Notes under the pieces: generated by a model
The model's database searches: none
Seen by the model: the letters and a program-made list of their open reading frames with translations, nothing else
Told to the model about the DNA's origin: nothing
Assembly: GCA_913052485.1 (NCBI GenBank)
Contig: CAJXDN010000002.1
Span: 82,031-146,030 of the forward strand
Source: an uncultured Flammeovirgaceae bacterium
GTDB lineage: Bacteria > Bacteroidota > Bacteroidia > Cytophagales > MED-G16
Reading direction: 5' to 3'
Length of the DNA: 64,000 bases
Program-made: the position numbers and the translations under genes
Part shown: piece by piece, positions 42,555 to 52,868 of the stretch
Layout of the letters: every line of letters starts with the position of its first letter
How positions within the stretch are numbered: the first letter of the stretch is position 1

Positions 42555-43349
42555 TTAGTTAATGTTAGAATAATTAGATACCTCAATAACAAAGCTCCCA
42601 AAGTTCATCTTTGCCTCTAACTTCAGAGGTATTTTCTTGTCATCATCTGTTAACCAAAATTTTACAGCATCCTCTTCCTCAAATAATTTATTTTTAGGAA
42701 TGATTGGTGCGAAAACTAGTGAATTATATTGACCAATTTTTGTTTCAATTGTGTCTCTCTTTAAGAACTTCATCTGATAACTAAATTTCTCATTATTTTC
42801 GAAATATGGAATTTCAACTAACTCTTTAGATAAAGTCTCAGAGTAATCCAGGGATCTAAGATATGCAAGACTTGCTATCCAATAATTCATAAAATAGGAG
42901 CGAATTATTTTTTTTATGTCGTCTTCAAAATGCAGATATTTAAATTCTACAAATTCTTTAGTTTCCTTATCTAAAATTTCAATTTGAACACTATCAGAGT
43001 TTTCTACAAAATTTAATATTTCATTCTTTCTGTATTTACCTTCAAGAAGGTACTTGTAGAATTTTTTTGGTTCTAACTCCTTCTTAGTAATATATACACC
43101 CCACTTGTCTCTGACAGTAGTAAATAAATCAAATACTCCCACAGACTTACCGGTGACGTCAATTTTAATTGTTTCCTCATTGTCAATGCTATGGTAATTA
43201 GTATCTGTTATCATCGAGGCCTTACCTGCATTGAATATCCCAAAAGAAACAAGGAAATCGACTTTCTCTCCAGGAATAACATTATAATCTTGTGAAAAGG
43301 AATAAAATGATAAGAAAATTAATAATAAAGTAATTAGAGTTTTTTTCAA
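42555..43349 (-). CDS. DUF3108 domain protein (exported)
   Basis: Signal peptide, then GEKVDFLVSFGIFNAGKASM, typical of the DUF3108 N-terminus. TTG start as given by the track. Confidence 0.55.
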   Translation of the reverse strand: MKKTLITLLLIFLSFYSFSQDYNVIPGEKVDFLVSFGIFNAGKASMITDTNYHSIDNEETIKIDVTGKSVGVFDLFTTVRDKWGVYITKKELEPKKFYKYLLEGKYRKNEILNFVENSDSVQIEILDKETKEFVEFKYLHFEDDIKKIIRSYFMNYWIASLAYLRSLDYSETLSKELVEIPYFENNEKFSYQMKFLKRDTIETKIGQYNSLVFAPIIPKNKLFEEEDAVKFWLTDDDKKIPLKLEAKMNFGSFVIEVSNYSNIN

Positions 43350-43402
43350 TTAAAAACGTGTTATAAGTAGCAAAAATATTAAAATAAGATAATGTAACTA
43401 CC

Positions 43403-43410
43403 TATATTTG
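43403..43410 (+). promoter_or_regulatory. candidate -7 promoter box (TATATTTG) upstream of recA
   Basis: Exact TAnnTTTG match 89 nt upstream of the recA ATG, inside a 149-nt intergenic region. Confidence 0.25.
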
Positions 43411-43498
43411 AAGATCTTTAAGTTAATTTTTATTAAAAATTACTAAAAATATTAGTATTTCAATTTTATACTACTTATTTTAGCAAAAATTAAACAAA

Positions 43499-44494
43499 AT
43501 GAAAGAAACAAAAGAAAAATCAAAAGCTCTGAGTTTAGCAATCGAGAAACTAGAGAAAACATATGGTCAAGGAACCATAATGAAATTAAGTGATGAAAAT
43601 ATTGTTAAAATACCAAGTATCCCGACTGGGTCCTTAAGCTTAGATATTGCCCTAGGAATTGGCGGCTTACCAAAAGGAAGAGTAATAGAAATCTATGGCC
43701 CTGAGTCTTCAGGGAAGACAACTTTATCGATGCACTGCATAGCAGAGGCGCAAAAACAAGGAGGAATTGCTGCATTTATAGATGCCGAACATGCATTCGA
43801 TAAGACATACGCAGAAAAGCTAGGTATAGACACTGAAAATTTACTTATCTCTCAGCCAGATAATGGTGAACAAGCTCTTGAGATTAGTGAACAACTAATT
43901 AGATCTAATGCAATAGACATTATAGTAATTGACTCCGTAGCTGCTTTAGTTCCAAAAGGAGAGATAGAAGGGGAAATGGGAGATAGTATGATGGGACTTC
44001 AGGCTAGACTGATGTCACAAGCTCTTAGAAAATTAACTGGTGTAATACATAAGTCTGGTTGCATTTGTATTTTCATTAACCAATTAAGACAAAAAATAGG
44101 AGTTATGTTCGGCAACCCTGAGACCACAACAGGAGGAAATGCACTTAAATTTTATTCTTCTGTAAGGCTTGATATCAGGAGAATAGGTCAAATTAAAGAT
44201 AGTCCTGACAGTATTAATGGAAACAGGACGAAAGTCAAAGTTGTTAAAAATAAAGTTGCGCCTCCTTTCAAGGTCGTTGAGTTTGATATTATGTATGGTA
44301 AGGGGATATCAAAGTCTGGAGAGGTACTGGACTTGGGCGTAGAGCTTGAGTTAATCCAGAAGTCAGGGTCCTGGTTCTCATACAACGGAGAGAAGCTAGG
44401 ACAAGGGAGAGATTCTGTAAAGACTATCCTTGAGGACAACCCTGAGTTAATGGGAGAGTTGGAAGGACTTATAAAGGAGAAATTAGCTAGTTAG
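43499..44494 (+). CDS. recA: recombinase RecA
   Basis: Walker [16 protein letters not shown], and IVIDSVAAL. The match runs full length. Confidence 0.98.
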   Translation: MKETKEKSKALSLAIEKLEKTYGQGTIMKLSDENIVKIPSIPTGSLSLDIALGIGGLPKGRVIEIYGPESSGKTTLSMHCIAEAQKQGGIAAFIDAEHAFDKTYAEKLGIDTENLLISQPDNGEQALEISEQLIRSNAIDIIVIDSVAALVPKGEIEGEMGDSMMGLQARLMSQALRKLTGVIHKSGCICIFINQLRQKIGVMFGNPETTTGGNALKFYSSVRLDIRRIGQIKDSPDSINGNRTKVKVVKNKVAPPFKVVEFDIMYGKGISKSGEVLDLGVELELIQKSGSWFSYNGEKLGQGRDSVKTILEDNPELMGELEGLIKEKLAS

Positions 44495-45746
44495 ATCTGA
44501 TTGCTTCTACTGGGTCAAGGTTGGAAGCAAATATTGCGGGTAATAATCCTGCAATGATTCCAATAAAGGATGATATAGTTACTCCCAGAATTACATTCTT
44601 TAAAGATATTACCAGGTCAAAAGTACCAAGATCTGGTAATGTCAGTAAGAAGACAAAGAAAATACCAAAGAGCCCACCAAAAACACTTAAGAAAGATGAC
44701 TCAAATAAAAATTGCATCAGTATAAAATATTTCTTGGCACCGAGAGATTTCTGAAGTCCAATAATAGGGACCCTCTCCTTTACTGAGACAAACATAATAT
44801 TTGCAATTCCAAAACCACCTACTAAAATCGAGAAGCTACCTATCACCCAACCTGCAATACTAATTGTAGCAAAAATTGTAGAGATAAAAGAAGCAAGATA
44901 TTCAGGGCGATTTATAGCGAAACTGTCATCCTCAATTGGTTTTGTTCCTCGCTTTGCCCTTAGAAGACCCTTCACCTCATACTCAAGATTAACAAGACCA
45001 GGATCACTGTCTGTGTTCCCCTTTACCCTAATAGTTGCCCCCGAACCTTTTTTTCCAACCTTAAAAATTTTCTTGAAGCTGTTAAATGGAATAAACATCT
45101 GCCTATCAAAAGAATCTCCAGCACCGAAAGATTCTCCCTGTTCTTTTGCCACACCAATTATAGTAAAAGACTTACCCTTAATTTTTATTTGTTTTCCTAT
45201 TGCTAGCTCTGAATCTTTGAAAAGATCATCCATAATTTTGTAACCTATGATAACAGCATTTGAACCAGTTAATGTCTCATTTTGTGTAAAAAATCTTCCA
45301 GTTGAAAATTCCCAATCACCAAAAAACTGATTCTCGAAAACAACACCATTCAGTCCATCTACAAATGAACTATTATTTAAATACTTAACATTTATCCCTC
45401 CTCGCCTAGTTGTTATCTCAACAGCTTCAGCGTTACTTAGGTTTTCCTTGAGAAACTCATACTCATTATATGTTGGCTCTGGCCTCCTAAAAAATTTCCA
45501 CCACTGATAGCCAGGATTATTAAAATCCCATGGCCATTTTTCTACTCTTAAATTATCAGTTCCAAGGAAACTTAAGTTATCTTTTATACTTCTCTCAAGA
45601 GAATCCACAGTTGATAGAACAGCAATTATTGTAAAAATTCCTATTGTAACTCCTAATAGTGATAGTACAGTTCTAATTGGATTTGCTACTAGAGCATTAA
45701 AAGAAAAAACAAAGCTCTCTTTCAATAACCTTAAAAATAATTTCAT
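44487..45746 (-). CDS. ABC transporter permease, MacB/FtsX family
   Basis: The architecture is N-terminal TM, then a MacB-like periplasmic domain, then a C-terminal FtsX 3-TM module (LQKSLGAKK...). No ATPase gene is adjacent. Confidence 0.8.
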   Translation of the reverse strand: MKLFLRLLKESFVFSFNALVANPIRTVLSLLGVTIGIFTIIAVLSTVDSLERSIKDNLSFLGTDNLRVEKWPWDFNNPGYQWWKFFRRPEPTYNEYEFLKENLSNAEAVEITTRRGGINVKYLNNSSFVDGLNGVVFENQFFGDWEFSTGRFFTQNETLTGSNAVIIGYKIMDDLFKDSELAIGKQIKIKGKSFTIIGVAKEQGESFGAGDSFDRQMFIPFNSFKKIFKVGKKGSGATIRVKGNTDSDPGLVNLEYEVKGLLRAKRGTKPIEDDSFAINRPEYLASFISTIFATISIAGWVIGSFSILVGGFGIANIMFVSVKERVPIIGLQKSLGAKKYFILMQFLFESSFLSVFGGLFGIFFVFLLTLPDLGTFDLVISLKNVILGVTISSFIGIIAGLLPAIFASNLDPVEAIRSN

Positions 45747-45774
45747 AAAGTAAATGTATGTTAAACTAATTAAT

Positions 45775-45782
45775 TAGCTTTG
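45775..45782 (+). promoter_or_regulatory. candidate -7 promoter box (TAGCTTTG) upstream of queA
   Basis: Exact TAnnTTTG match 37 nt upstream of the queA ATG. Confidence 0.3.
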
Positions 45783-45818
45783 CAGACTCCAAAACTAAGG
45801 TAATTTTATTAAAGAAAT

Positions 45819-46865
45819 ATGAAACTTTCTGAATTTGATTTCAAGTTAGCATCTACAAGAACAGCACTTCATCCAGCAGAGAATAGAGATGAATCGAGGC
45901 TGATGGTTGTCCACAAGAAAACTGGTAAAATCGAGCACAAACAGTTTAAGGACATAATCAAATATTTTAGCGAGGATGATGTTTTAGTACTGAATGACAC
46001 AAGAGTTTTTCCGGCAAGGCTCTACGGTCAGAAAGAAAAAACTGGAGCAAAGATTGAAGTTTTTTTACTAAGAGAATTAAATCCAGAATTAAATCTGTGG
46101 GATGTACTTGTCGATCCAGCAAGAAAAATTAGAGTTGGAAATAAACTATATTTTGGTGATGGTGAACTTGTAGCAGAGGTAATAGACAATACAACCTCAA
46201 GAGGAAGAACAATAAGATTTATACCTGAAGATAGCGAAAAAAACTTCTATGATATTATCCATGAGTATGGAGAGACCCCACTTCCAAAAGAAATTAAAAG
46301 AAAAGTCGATAAGAAAGACGAGTCGCGATTTCAAACTGTATATGCAAAAAATATAGGTGCTGTTGCCGCACCTGCAGCAGGTCTACATTTTACAGAAATA
46401 CTACTGAAAAAACTAGAGCTAAAAGGAGTAAGAATTGTAAATATTACATCTCATACCGGTTTAGGTACATTTAAAGATATTGATGTAGAGGACTTAACAA
46501 AACATAAGATGGATTCAGAAAACTACTCTATTCCCGAAGAGACTGCTTTAGCTGTAAATTATGCGCTTGATAACAACAAAAAAGTTTTTGCAGTTGGGAC
46601 TTCAAGTATGAAAACACTGGAGACAGCTGTAACTGCAAATGACAGGCTAAAATCGAAATCTGGTTGGACCGATAAATTTATTTTCCCTCCCTATGAATTT
46701 AAAATTTGTAGTGCCATGATAACAAACTTTCATTCACCAAAGTCTACACTCTTAATGATGGCAACTGCTTTTGGTGGATTTGATACTATAATGAAAGCAT
46801 ATAAGGTTGCTATCAAAGAAAAGTATATGTTCCACACTTACGGGGATGCAATTATAATAATTTAG
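45819..46865 (+). CDS. queA: S-adenosylmethionine:tRNA ribosyltransferase-isomerase
   Basis: LSEFDF.L and [10 protein letters not shown]. The match runs full length (348 aa). Confidence 0.95.
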   Translation: MKLSEFDFKLASTRTALHPAENRDESRLMVVHKKTGKIEHKQFKDIIKYFSEDDVLVLNDTRVFPARLYGQKEKTGAKIEVFLLRELNPELNLWDVLVDPARKIRVGNKLYFGDGELVAEVIDNTTSRGRTIRFIPEDSEKNFYDIIHEYGETPLPKEIKRKVDKKDESRFQTVYAKNIGAVAAPAAGLHFTEILLKKLELKGVRIVNITSHTGLGTFKDIDVEDLTKHKMDSENYSIPEETALAVNYALDNNKKVFAVGTSSMKTLETAVTANDRLKSKSGWTDKFIFPPYEFKICSAMITNFHSPKSTLLMMATAFGGFDTIMKAYKVAIKEKYMFHTYGDAIIII

Positions 46866-46869
46866 GTTA

Positions 46870-47517
46870 GTGATTAGGACAATTATCTTGATGGCTGCAG
46901 GATCAGGAGAGAGGATGGATTCAAAAGTACCTAAACAATTTTTAGAGATTAATAATCAACCTATTTTAGCATACACATTTAAGATTTTTAAAAAGATTAA
47001 AAATTTAAATATTCACATAGTTTTACCACATGATGGGTTCGATAATTGGAAAAAATATATATCAAAATATGTTGATAAAGAGACTATCTTAGTGAGGGGT
47101 GGGAGTCATAGAAATATATCCGTTCGAAATGGATTAGACAGTGTCACAACCAATAAAGGATTAATTGGAATTCACGATGCTGTGAGGCCATTCATTTCAG
47201 AAAGTCTAATTACCAATCTATTTTTAGAGGCAGAAAAGAATGGGAATGCAGTTCCATATACAAAATCTACTAACTCAATAAGAAAAATTGATGGTGAAAA
47301 AAACTTCGCAGTTGAAAGATCAAAATATGTTCAAATTCAAACACCACAAATTTTTGAAGCTAGCATCTTAAAAAAATCTCTAGATACAATTAATGATAAT
47401 AACTATAATGACGAGGCAAGTCTTATTGAGGAATTAGGAGTAAAAATTAATCTAGTAGAAGGGGAAGAAAACAATATCAAAATAACAACAGAGAAAGACC
47501 TTAAATACTTTGATTAG
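46870..47517 (+). CDS. ispD: 2-C-methyl-D-erythritol 4-phosphate cytidylyltransferase
   Basis: GTG start. N-terminal AAGSGERM nucleotide-binding motif and HDAVRPF. Confidence 0.85.
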   Translation: MIRTIILMAAGSGERMDSKVPKQFLEINNQPILAYTFKIFKKIKNLNIHIVLPHDGFDNWKKYISKYVDKETILVRGGSHRNISVRNGLDSVTTNKGLIGIHDAVRPFISESLITNLFLEAEKNGNAVPYTKSTNSIRKIDGEKNFAVERSKYVQIQTPQIFEASILKKSLDTINDNNYNDEASLIEELGVKINLVEGEENNIKITTEKDLKYFD

Positions 47518-47735
47518 TACTCATCCTCATTAAAGAAGAAATCATCTTTGGTAGGATAATCTGGCCATATCTCTTCAATACTCTCGTAAGGAGCTCCGTC
47601 ATCTTCAAGCTCTTGTAAGTTCTCAGTAACTTCTGCTGGGGCACCTGTCCTTATTGAGAATTCTATGAGTTCATCCTTTGTGGCTGGCCAAGGAGCATCT
47701 TCTAAGTGGTTAACAAGTTCTAACGTCCAATACAT
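47514..47735 (-). CDS. DUF2795 domain protein
   Basis: 73-aa acidic protein with LEDAPWPATKDELIEF...GAP.EV, typical of DUF2795. Confidence 0.65.
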   Translation of the reverse strand: MYWTLELVNHLEDAPWPATKDELIEFSIRTGAPAEVTENLQELEDDGAPYESIEEIWPDYPTKDDFFFNEDEY

Positions 47736-47876
47736 CTTAACAGATTTAATTAATCGCTAAAAAATACTTTTATTATTAAAAAATCAAATAAAAATGATTT
47801 TTTTTTACATATTGTTTTAAAATGGCATAAAAGATAAGAAATTTAAATTATTTAGATTTCAATTAAATTATCATAG

Positions 47877-48896
47877 ATGACAAATTTAATTATCAACTTC
47901 TTATTAATAGGTTTAAATCTATTCGAAAAAGAAATAAAAATCATAGGTGTTGGGGATATGATGATAGGAACTAACTATCCATCAGAAAAATATTTACCTC
48001 TTAACGATGGCAAAGATATTTTTAAGGATGTTTCTCAAATTATAAGAGAAGCTGATCTGTCATTTGGTAACCTTGAGGGTACTATTTTATCTGGTGATGG
48101 AGATGTAAAAGAATGTAGCAATCCGGAAAAATGTTATGCCTTCAAAAGTCCTGATAACTTCGTTAATAACTATAAAGAGGCAGGTTTTGACTTATTAAGC
48201 CTTGCCAATAACCACATAAATGATTTTGGAGAAGTTGGCAGATTAAATACACAAAATATCCTTGAAAGGAATGGAATTTATTTTTCTGGTACGATAGAGA
48301 AACCATTTTCAATTTTTATTGAAAATAATATCAAATATGGATTTGCTGCTTTCTCTCCAAATAAAGGGACAATTCAGATAAATAACTACGATAGAGCAAA
48401 GGAAATAGTAAGTCATCTTGACTCAATTTGTGATATTGTTATCATATCATTTCATGGTGGAGCAGAAGGCCTAAAATATAATAGAGTAACTAAAAAAAGA
48501 GAGTATTTCTTAGGCGAAGACAGAGGTAATATTTATGAGTTCTCAAGGCTTATGATTGATAACGGAGCTGATATAATTTTTGGTCACGGACCTCACGTAC
48601 TGCGTGCAGTTGACCTATACAAAGATAGGTTCATAGCTTACAGTCTAGGAAACTTTGCAACTTTCAAGCGATTTAATTTATCAGGAGGAAAAGGACTTTC
48701 GCCTTTGATTCAGCTAATAGTTAATTCAAAAGGAGAATTTATAAGGGGGAAAATTATATCTGCTAGGCAAGTTGGATTAGGAATTCCTAAGTTGGATAAT
48801 AATAATGAGGCTGCCAAAGAAATCAAAAGATTGACAGAGTTAGATTTCCCAGAATCAGAGTTAATTATTGATAATAGAGGTAATATCACATTTTAG
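47877..48896 (+). CDS. CapA-family (PGA_cap) metallophosphatase-like protein
   Basis: GDMMIG, SFGNLEGTI, LANNHINDFG, HGGAEG, and GHGPHV. No capB or capC is nearby. Confidence 0.75.
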   Translation: MTNLIINFLLIGLNLFEKEIKIIGVGDMMIGTNYPSEKYLPLNDGKDIFKDVSQIIREADLSFGNLEGTILSGDGDVKECSNPEKCYAFKSPDNFVNNYKEAGFDLLSLANNHINDFGEVGRLNTQNILERNGIYFSGTIEKPFSIFIENNIKYGFAAFSPNKGTIQINNYDRAKEIVSHLDSICDIVIISFHGGAEGLKYNRVTKKREYFLGEDRGNIYEFSRLMIDNGADIIFGHGPHVLRAVDLYKDRFIAYSLGNFATFKRFNLSGGKGLSPLIQLIVNSKGEFIRGKIISARQVGLGIPKLDNNNEAAKEIKRLTELDFPESELIIDNRGNITF

Positions 48897-48955
48897 CAAT
48901 ATATAAGGATGAAATAAAAATCCTAAATGGATTTATTATAGTGTTAAAAAAAATA

Positions 48956-48963
48956 TACATTTG
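48956..48963 (+). promoter_or_regulatory. candidate -7 promoter box (TACATTTG) for rpsT
   Basis: Exact TAnnTTTG match ending 20 nt upstream of the rpsT ATG. Confidence 0.35.
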
Positions 48964-48983
48964 CACACGTAAAAATTTAAGAT

Positions 48984-49238
48984 ATGGCTAATCATAAATC
49001 TGCAATTAAGAGAATTCGATCTAGTGAGACTAAGAAGATAAGAAATAAATATCAGCACAAGTCTACGCGTACCTTCCTTAAGAAATTAGAGCAAGAGACT
49101 AAAAAATCAGCAGCAATTAAAAAGCTACCAGAAGCAATATCAATGATTGATAAGTTATCTAAAAATAATATAATCCATAAAAATAAAGCTGCACACTTGA
49201 AGTCTAGCTTAACCAAAAAAGTTAATAGCCTTAAATAA
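48984..49238 (+). CDS. rpsT: 30S ribosomal protein S20
   Basis: MANHKSAIKRIR..E....RN. 84 aa and basic. Confidence 0.93.
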   Translation: MANHKSAIKRIRSSETKKIRNKYQHKSTRTFLKKLEQETKKSAAIKKLPEAISMIDKLSKNNIIHKNKAAHLKSSLTKKVNSLK

Positions 49239-49244
49239 TTTTCT

Positions 49245-49841
49245 TTGAGGGGAACAGTTCCATTTATAATCATATCTGTTTTCCTATCTATCGGTTACTA
49301 TTTATATAACTCATCACTCGAGTACGGGGAATACTCATCAGTATTAAATGAGTACAGGGAGGAAAGAAATAATTTTTTATTAAATTCTTCAAAATCTCCT
49401 CTCAGAGGCTCCTCATATAAATTGTCATACTACGAACCAAATGTAAATTTCAAAGTTGTCGCAGTTATATCTGAAAACGAAATAATCGATACTATAACAC
49501 TAGCCACATCAACCGGAAATACTGAAAGGTTTCTAGATTTTGCTAAACTTAATTTTAAGCTGGGAAGATCAAAGTTTACTTTACCTGTTTACGAATATTT
49601 AGAAGGTGAAAATAAAGGAGATCTGTTTTTTTGTTTTCTAGATAAGACAAATAGTTTATCAACATATCCAGGAGGAAGATACATTGACATAGAATTTGAA
49701 AATGCTAAAAGAATAATACTTGACTTCAATAAATCATATAACCCTTATTGTGTATATAATCCTGAATATAGCTGCCCGATACCATCTAAAATAAATTATA
49801 TAGATATGGAAATTTTAGCAGGAGAAAAATTGACTAAATAA
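49245..49841 (+). CDS. DUF1684 domain protein
   Basis: YPGGRYIDIE...YNPYCVYNPEYSCPIP is characteristic of DUF1684. TTG start as in the track. Confidence 0.65.
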   Translation: MRGTVPFIIISVFLSIGYYLYNSSLEYGEYSSVLNEYREERNNFLLNSSKSPLRGSSYKLSYYEPNVNFKVVAVISENEIIDTITLATSTGNTERFLDFAKLNFKLGRSKFTLPVYEYLEGENKGDLFFCFLDKTNSLSTYPGGRYIDIEFENAKRIILDFNKSYNPYCVYNPEYSCPIPSKINYIDMEILAGEKLTK

Positions 49842-49903
49842 AAATAATCTACTCCACATATAATCTCAATTTTCTATAATTTTATAATGTAACTTTATCT
49901 TAA

Positions 49904-52312
49904 ATGAAAATATCTCTAAACTGGCTGAAGAAATTTATAGAAATTAATGAGAGTTCAATTGAATTGGAATCGATTCTTACTGAAGTAGGACTAGAGGTAG
50001 ATGAAGTAATCTCAATAGAACCAGATAAAAACTTTTTAGATAAGCTTGTTGTTGGTGAAATAATATCAATAAAGAAACACCCAGATGCAGACAGGCTAAA
50101 TATTACCGAAGTCAGTATAGGAGATACAGTATTATCTATAGTATGCGGAGCAAAGAACATTGAAAATGGACAGAAAGTCGTAGTTGCAAGATCGGGAACT
50201 AAAATTAAGAATATTGAAAAAAACATTTTTGAAATAAAAAAAACAAAAATTAGAGGAGCTGAATCTGATGGAATGATCTGTGCTGAAGATGAAATTGGTA
50301 TCGGAAATTCTCACTCAGGAGTTATAGTTCTTGAAAGAAAAGCAAAAGTCGGAGAAAGTGTGGTCAATCATTTAAATATTAATTCGGATACAATCTATGA
50401 CATCTCACTTACACCAAATAGAGCAGATGCGGCATCCCATCTCGGGGTAGCAAGAGATATAAAAGCTGTAAAGAGGAGAGATCTTAAATTACCTGATATC
50501 AAAAAATTTAAATTCTCAACTAAGAAAGAAATTAAGCTTGAAATTAAAGAAACTTCAGCCTGCCCAAGATATGCGGGATGTGTGATTGATAATATAAAGG
50601 TAGGTGAATCCCCATCTGAAATTAAAAATCTACTTTCATCAATAGGTTTAAATCCAATAAATAATGTTGTTGACATTACAAATTATGTCTTACATAGTTT
50701 AGGTCAACCGCTTCATGCATTTGACTACGAAAAAGTATCGAAAGAAAAAGTAATAGTAAGATATGCTAACAAAAATGAGAAATTTATCACATTAGATGGT
50801 ATAGAAAGAAAACTACATGGTGATGACCTGATGATATGTGATGGAGAAAATAAACCAATGTGTATTGCTGGTGTATTTGGAGGAGAAAATTCTGGAGTGA
50901 CTGATGATACAGAAACAATATTTCTTGAAAGTGCATACTTTAACCCATCAGACATTAGAAAATCAAGTTTAAATCACGGTCTGAAAACTGACGCTTCGTA
51001 TAGATTTGAGAGGGGAATTGATCCAAACATCACTGTTTTCGCTCTAAAGTTTGCATCCATACTCATAAATAAATATTGTAACGGGGAAGTTGTCTCTGAA
51101 ATTTATGACATCTACCCAGAGAAAATAGAAAATAGAAAAATTGAGATAGATTTTAGTAGAATTAATAAATTAATTGGTCAAGAATTAGATACAAAGGAAA
51201 TAATTAAAATTCTTAATCATCTTGACATAAAAATTGAGAGACTAAAAAATAAAACATTGGCAGATGTACCTCCATACAGAGTTGATGTAACAAGAGAGGC
51301 AGATATAGTGGAGGAAATATTACGGGTATTTGGTTATAACAATATCAAAACTTCCTCAAGTAATAAAAGTAGTTTTTTATCTAATGAGAGCGCCGGCTCA
51401 TACGAAAATAACATAATCTCAAAATTAATGAGTATGCTCGTCGGTTCAGGGTTTCATGAAATTACCACCAACTCTCTCACATCACAGAAACATTCAAGAG
51501 ACGACTCCTGGGATGATTCAGAAACAATAGAGATGGTAAACAAACTTAGTGATGAGCATGCCATATTAAAACAAAACCTTTTGTTCACTGGGTTGGAGTC
51601 AATTCGTTATAACCTGAACCGAAAACAAAGAAACCTTAGATTTTTTGAATACGATAAGGTATATAATAAAAAAGGTTCAGCCTACATAGAGACTAAAAAG
51701 CTGGGAATTTATATGACAGGACTCAGTAAGGAAGAACACTTTAATAATGAGTCTAAGGAAGTAACATTTTTAGACATCAAGAATATTGTAAACAAGGTTC
51801 TTATTCTAGGAAATATCAAAAACTATAAATACAAAGAAATTAAGTCTAAAACATTAACTAACTCTATAGAATTAATCTATAAAAACAAAACAATATGTAA
51901 AATAGGAGAGGTAAAACAGAGTCTACTTAAAAATTTTGATATAAGTCAAAAAGTGTATTACTCAGAAATTATGTGGGAAAATTATTTGTCAAGTTTTGAA
52001 GATAAATTTACATTCACTAAAATCTCTAAATTCCCTGAAGTTAAAAGAGACCTTTCAGTTGTATTATCAAGTAATAAGAAGTTTTCTGAGATAGCAAATA
52101 TTATTGATCAAAATAGGAAAAAAATTATTAAAAATTATTCCTTATACAATATATATGAAGGTGACAGAATTGGAAAAGATAAGGTAGCATATGCCTTGAG
52201 ATTTATTCTGCACGATGAAAGTAAAACCTTAGAGGATAAAATTATAAATAGTACTATGGAAAATTTGATCTCAAGATTCGAGAAAGATTTAAAAGCTGAA
52301 ATTAGAAAATAA
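49904..52312 (+). CDS. pheT: phenylalanine--tRNA ligase beta subunit
   Basis: MKISLNWLK N-terminus, tRNA-binding domain (HPDADRL), B3/4 and B5 domains, and a C-terminal anticodon-binding-like domain; 802 aa. Confidence 0.95.
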   Translation: MKISLNWLKKFIEINESSIELESILTEVGLEVDEVISIEPDKNFLDKLVVGEIISIKKHPDADRLNITEVSIGDTVLSIVCGAKNIENGQKVVVARSGTKIKNIEKNIFEIKKTKIRGAESDGMICAEDEIGIGNSHSGVIVLERKAKVGESVVNHLNINSDTIYDISLTPNRADAASHLGVARDIKAVKRRDLKLPDIKKFKFSTKKEIKLEIKETSACPRYAGCVIDNIKVGESPSEIKNLLSSIGLNPINNVVDITNYVLHSLGQPLHAFDYEKVSKEKVIVRYANKNEKFITLDGIERKLHGDDLMICDGENKPMCIAGVFGGENSGVTDDTETIFLESAYFNPSDIRKSSLNHGLKTDASYRFERGIDPNITVFALKFASILINKYCNGEVVSEIYDIYPEKIENRKIEIDFSRINKLIGQELDTKEIIKILNHLDIKIERLKNKTLADVPPYRVDVTREADIVEEILRVFGYNNIKTSSSNKSSFLSNESAGSYENNIISKLMSMLVGSGFHEITTNSLTSQKHSRDDSWDDSETIEMVNKLSDEHAILKQNLLFTGLESIRYNLNRKQRNLRFFEYDKVYNKKGSAYIETKKLGIYMTGLSKEEHFNNESKEVTFLDIKNIVNKVLILGNIKNYKYKEIKSKTLTNSIELIYKNKTICKIGEVKQSLLKNFDISQKVYYSEIMWENYLSSFEDKFTFTKISKFPEVKRDLSVVLSSNKKFSEIANIIDQNRKKIIKNYSLYNIYEGDRIGKDKVAYALRFILHDESKTLEDKIINSTMENLISRFEKDLKAEIRK

Positions 52313-52313
52313 T

Positions 52314-52580
52314 ATGCCCAGGAGCCTAAATAAAAAAATCATTGAATTAGAAAATAAATTTTCTATTCTAATAACAAAATATAAGAAGCTTAAGGCAGCT
52401 AACGAAAACTTAAAAAAAGAGATAACGGACAAAGAAATTGACCTTATCTTACATAAATTCAATAACTCTAATAATTCAAACATAGAAATACTTTCGCTAG
52501 ATGAAAAATCTAAATTAAGAGATGATATTGATTCAGCAATTGAAGAATTAGATACTTTAATTATAAACCTAAAAGACTAA
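52314..52580 (+). CDS. small coiled-coil protein of unknown function (in the conserved slot upstream of zapA)
   Basis: 88 aa, heptad-rich (IIELENKFSILITKYKKLKAANENLKKEI). It is tightly packed between pheT and zapA. Confidence 0.5.
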   Translation: MPRSLNKKIIELENKFSILITKYKKLKAANENLKKEITDKEIDLILHKFNNSNNSNIEILSLDEKSKLRDDIDSAIEELDTLIINLKD

Positions 52581-52582
52581 AC

Positions 52583-52867
52583 TTGGAAAATCTCTCAATT
52601 AAATTAGTAATCGGTAACAGATCATATCCTATGAAAGTTCCTATTGAGGAAGAACAAAAAATTAGAAATATCGGTAAAGATCTTAATAAGAAGATAGCAG
52701 AGATAAGAAGTCAAATGAATATTGATGACTTACAGGATATTCTGGCAATGATTGCATTTAAACTTTCTGTAGAACTTGAGGATAATAAAGGTAATACATC
52801 AGAAAATAAGGTTGCCTACAAAAAAATTGAGAATATTATAAATGAAATTGATAAGAAACTAGAATAA
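52583..52867 (+). CDS. zapA: cell division protein ZapA-like
   Basis: TTG start. LSIKLVIGNRSYPMKV...EEE, followed by a helical tail, matches Bacteroidota ZapA in size and pattern. Confidence 0.6.
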   Translation: MENLSIKLVIGNRSYPMKVPIEEEQKIRNIGKDLNKKIAEIRSQMNIDDLQDILAMIAFKLSVELEDNKGNTSENKVAYKKIENIINEIDKKLE

Positions 52868-52868
52868 A

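Noticed and set aside
47877-48896. The CapA-family gene as part of a poly-gamma-glutamate capsule system.
   Set aside because: There is no capB/pgsB or capC/pgsC partner nearby. Stand-alone CapA-like metallophosphatases are common, so a capsule role cannot be supported.
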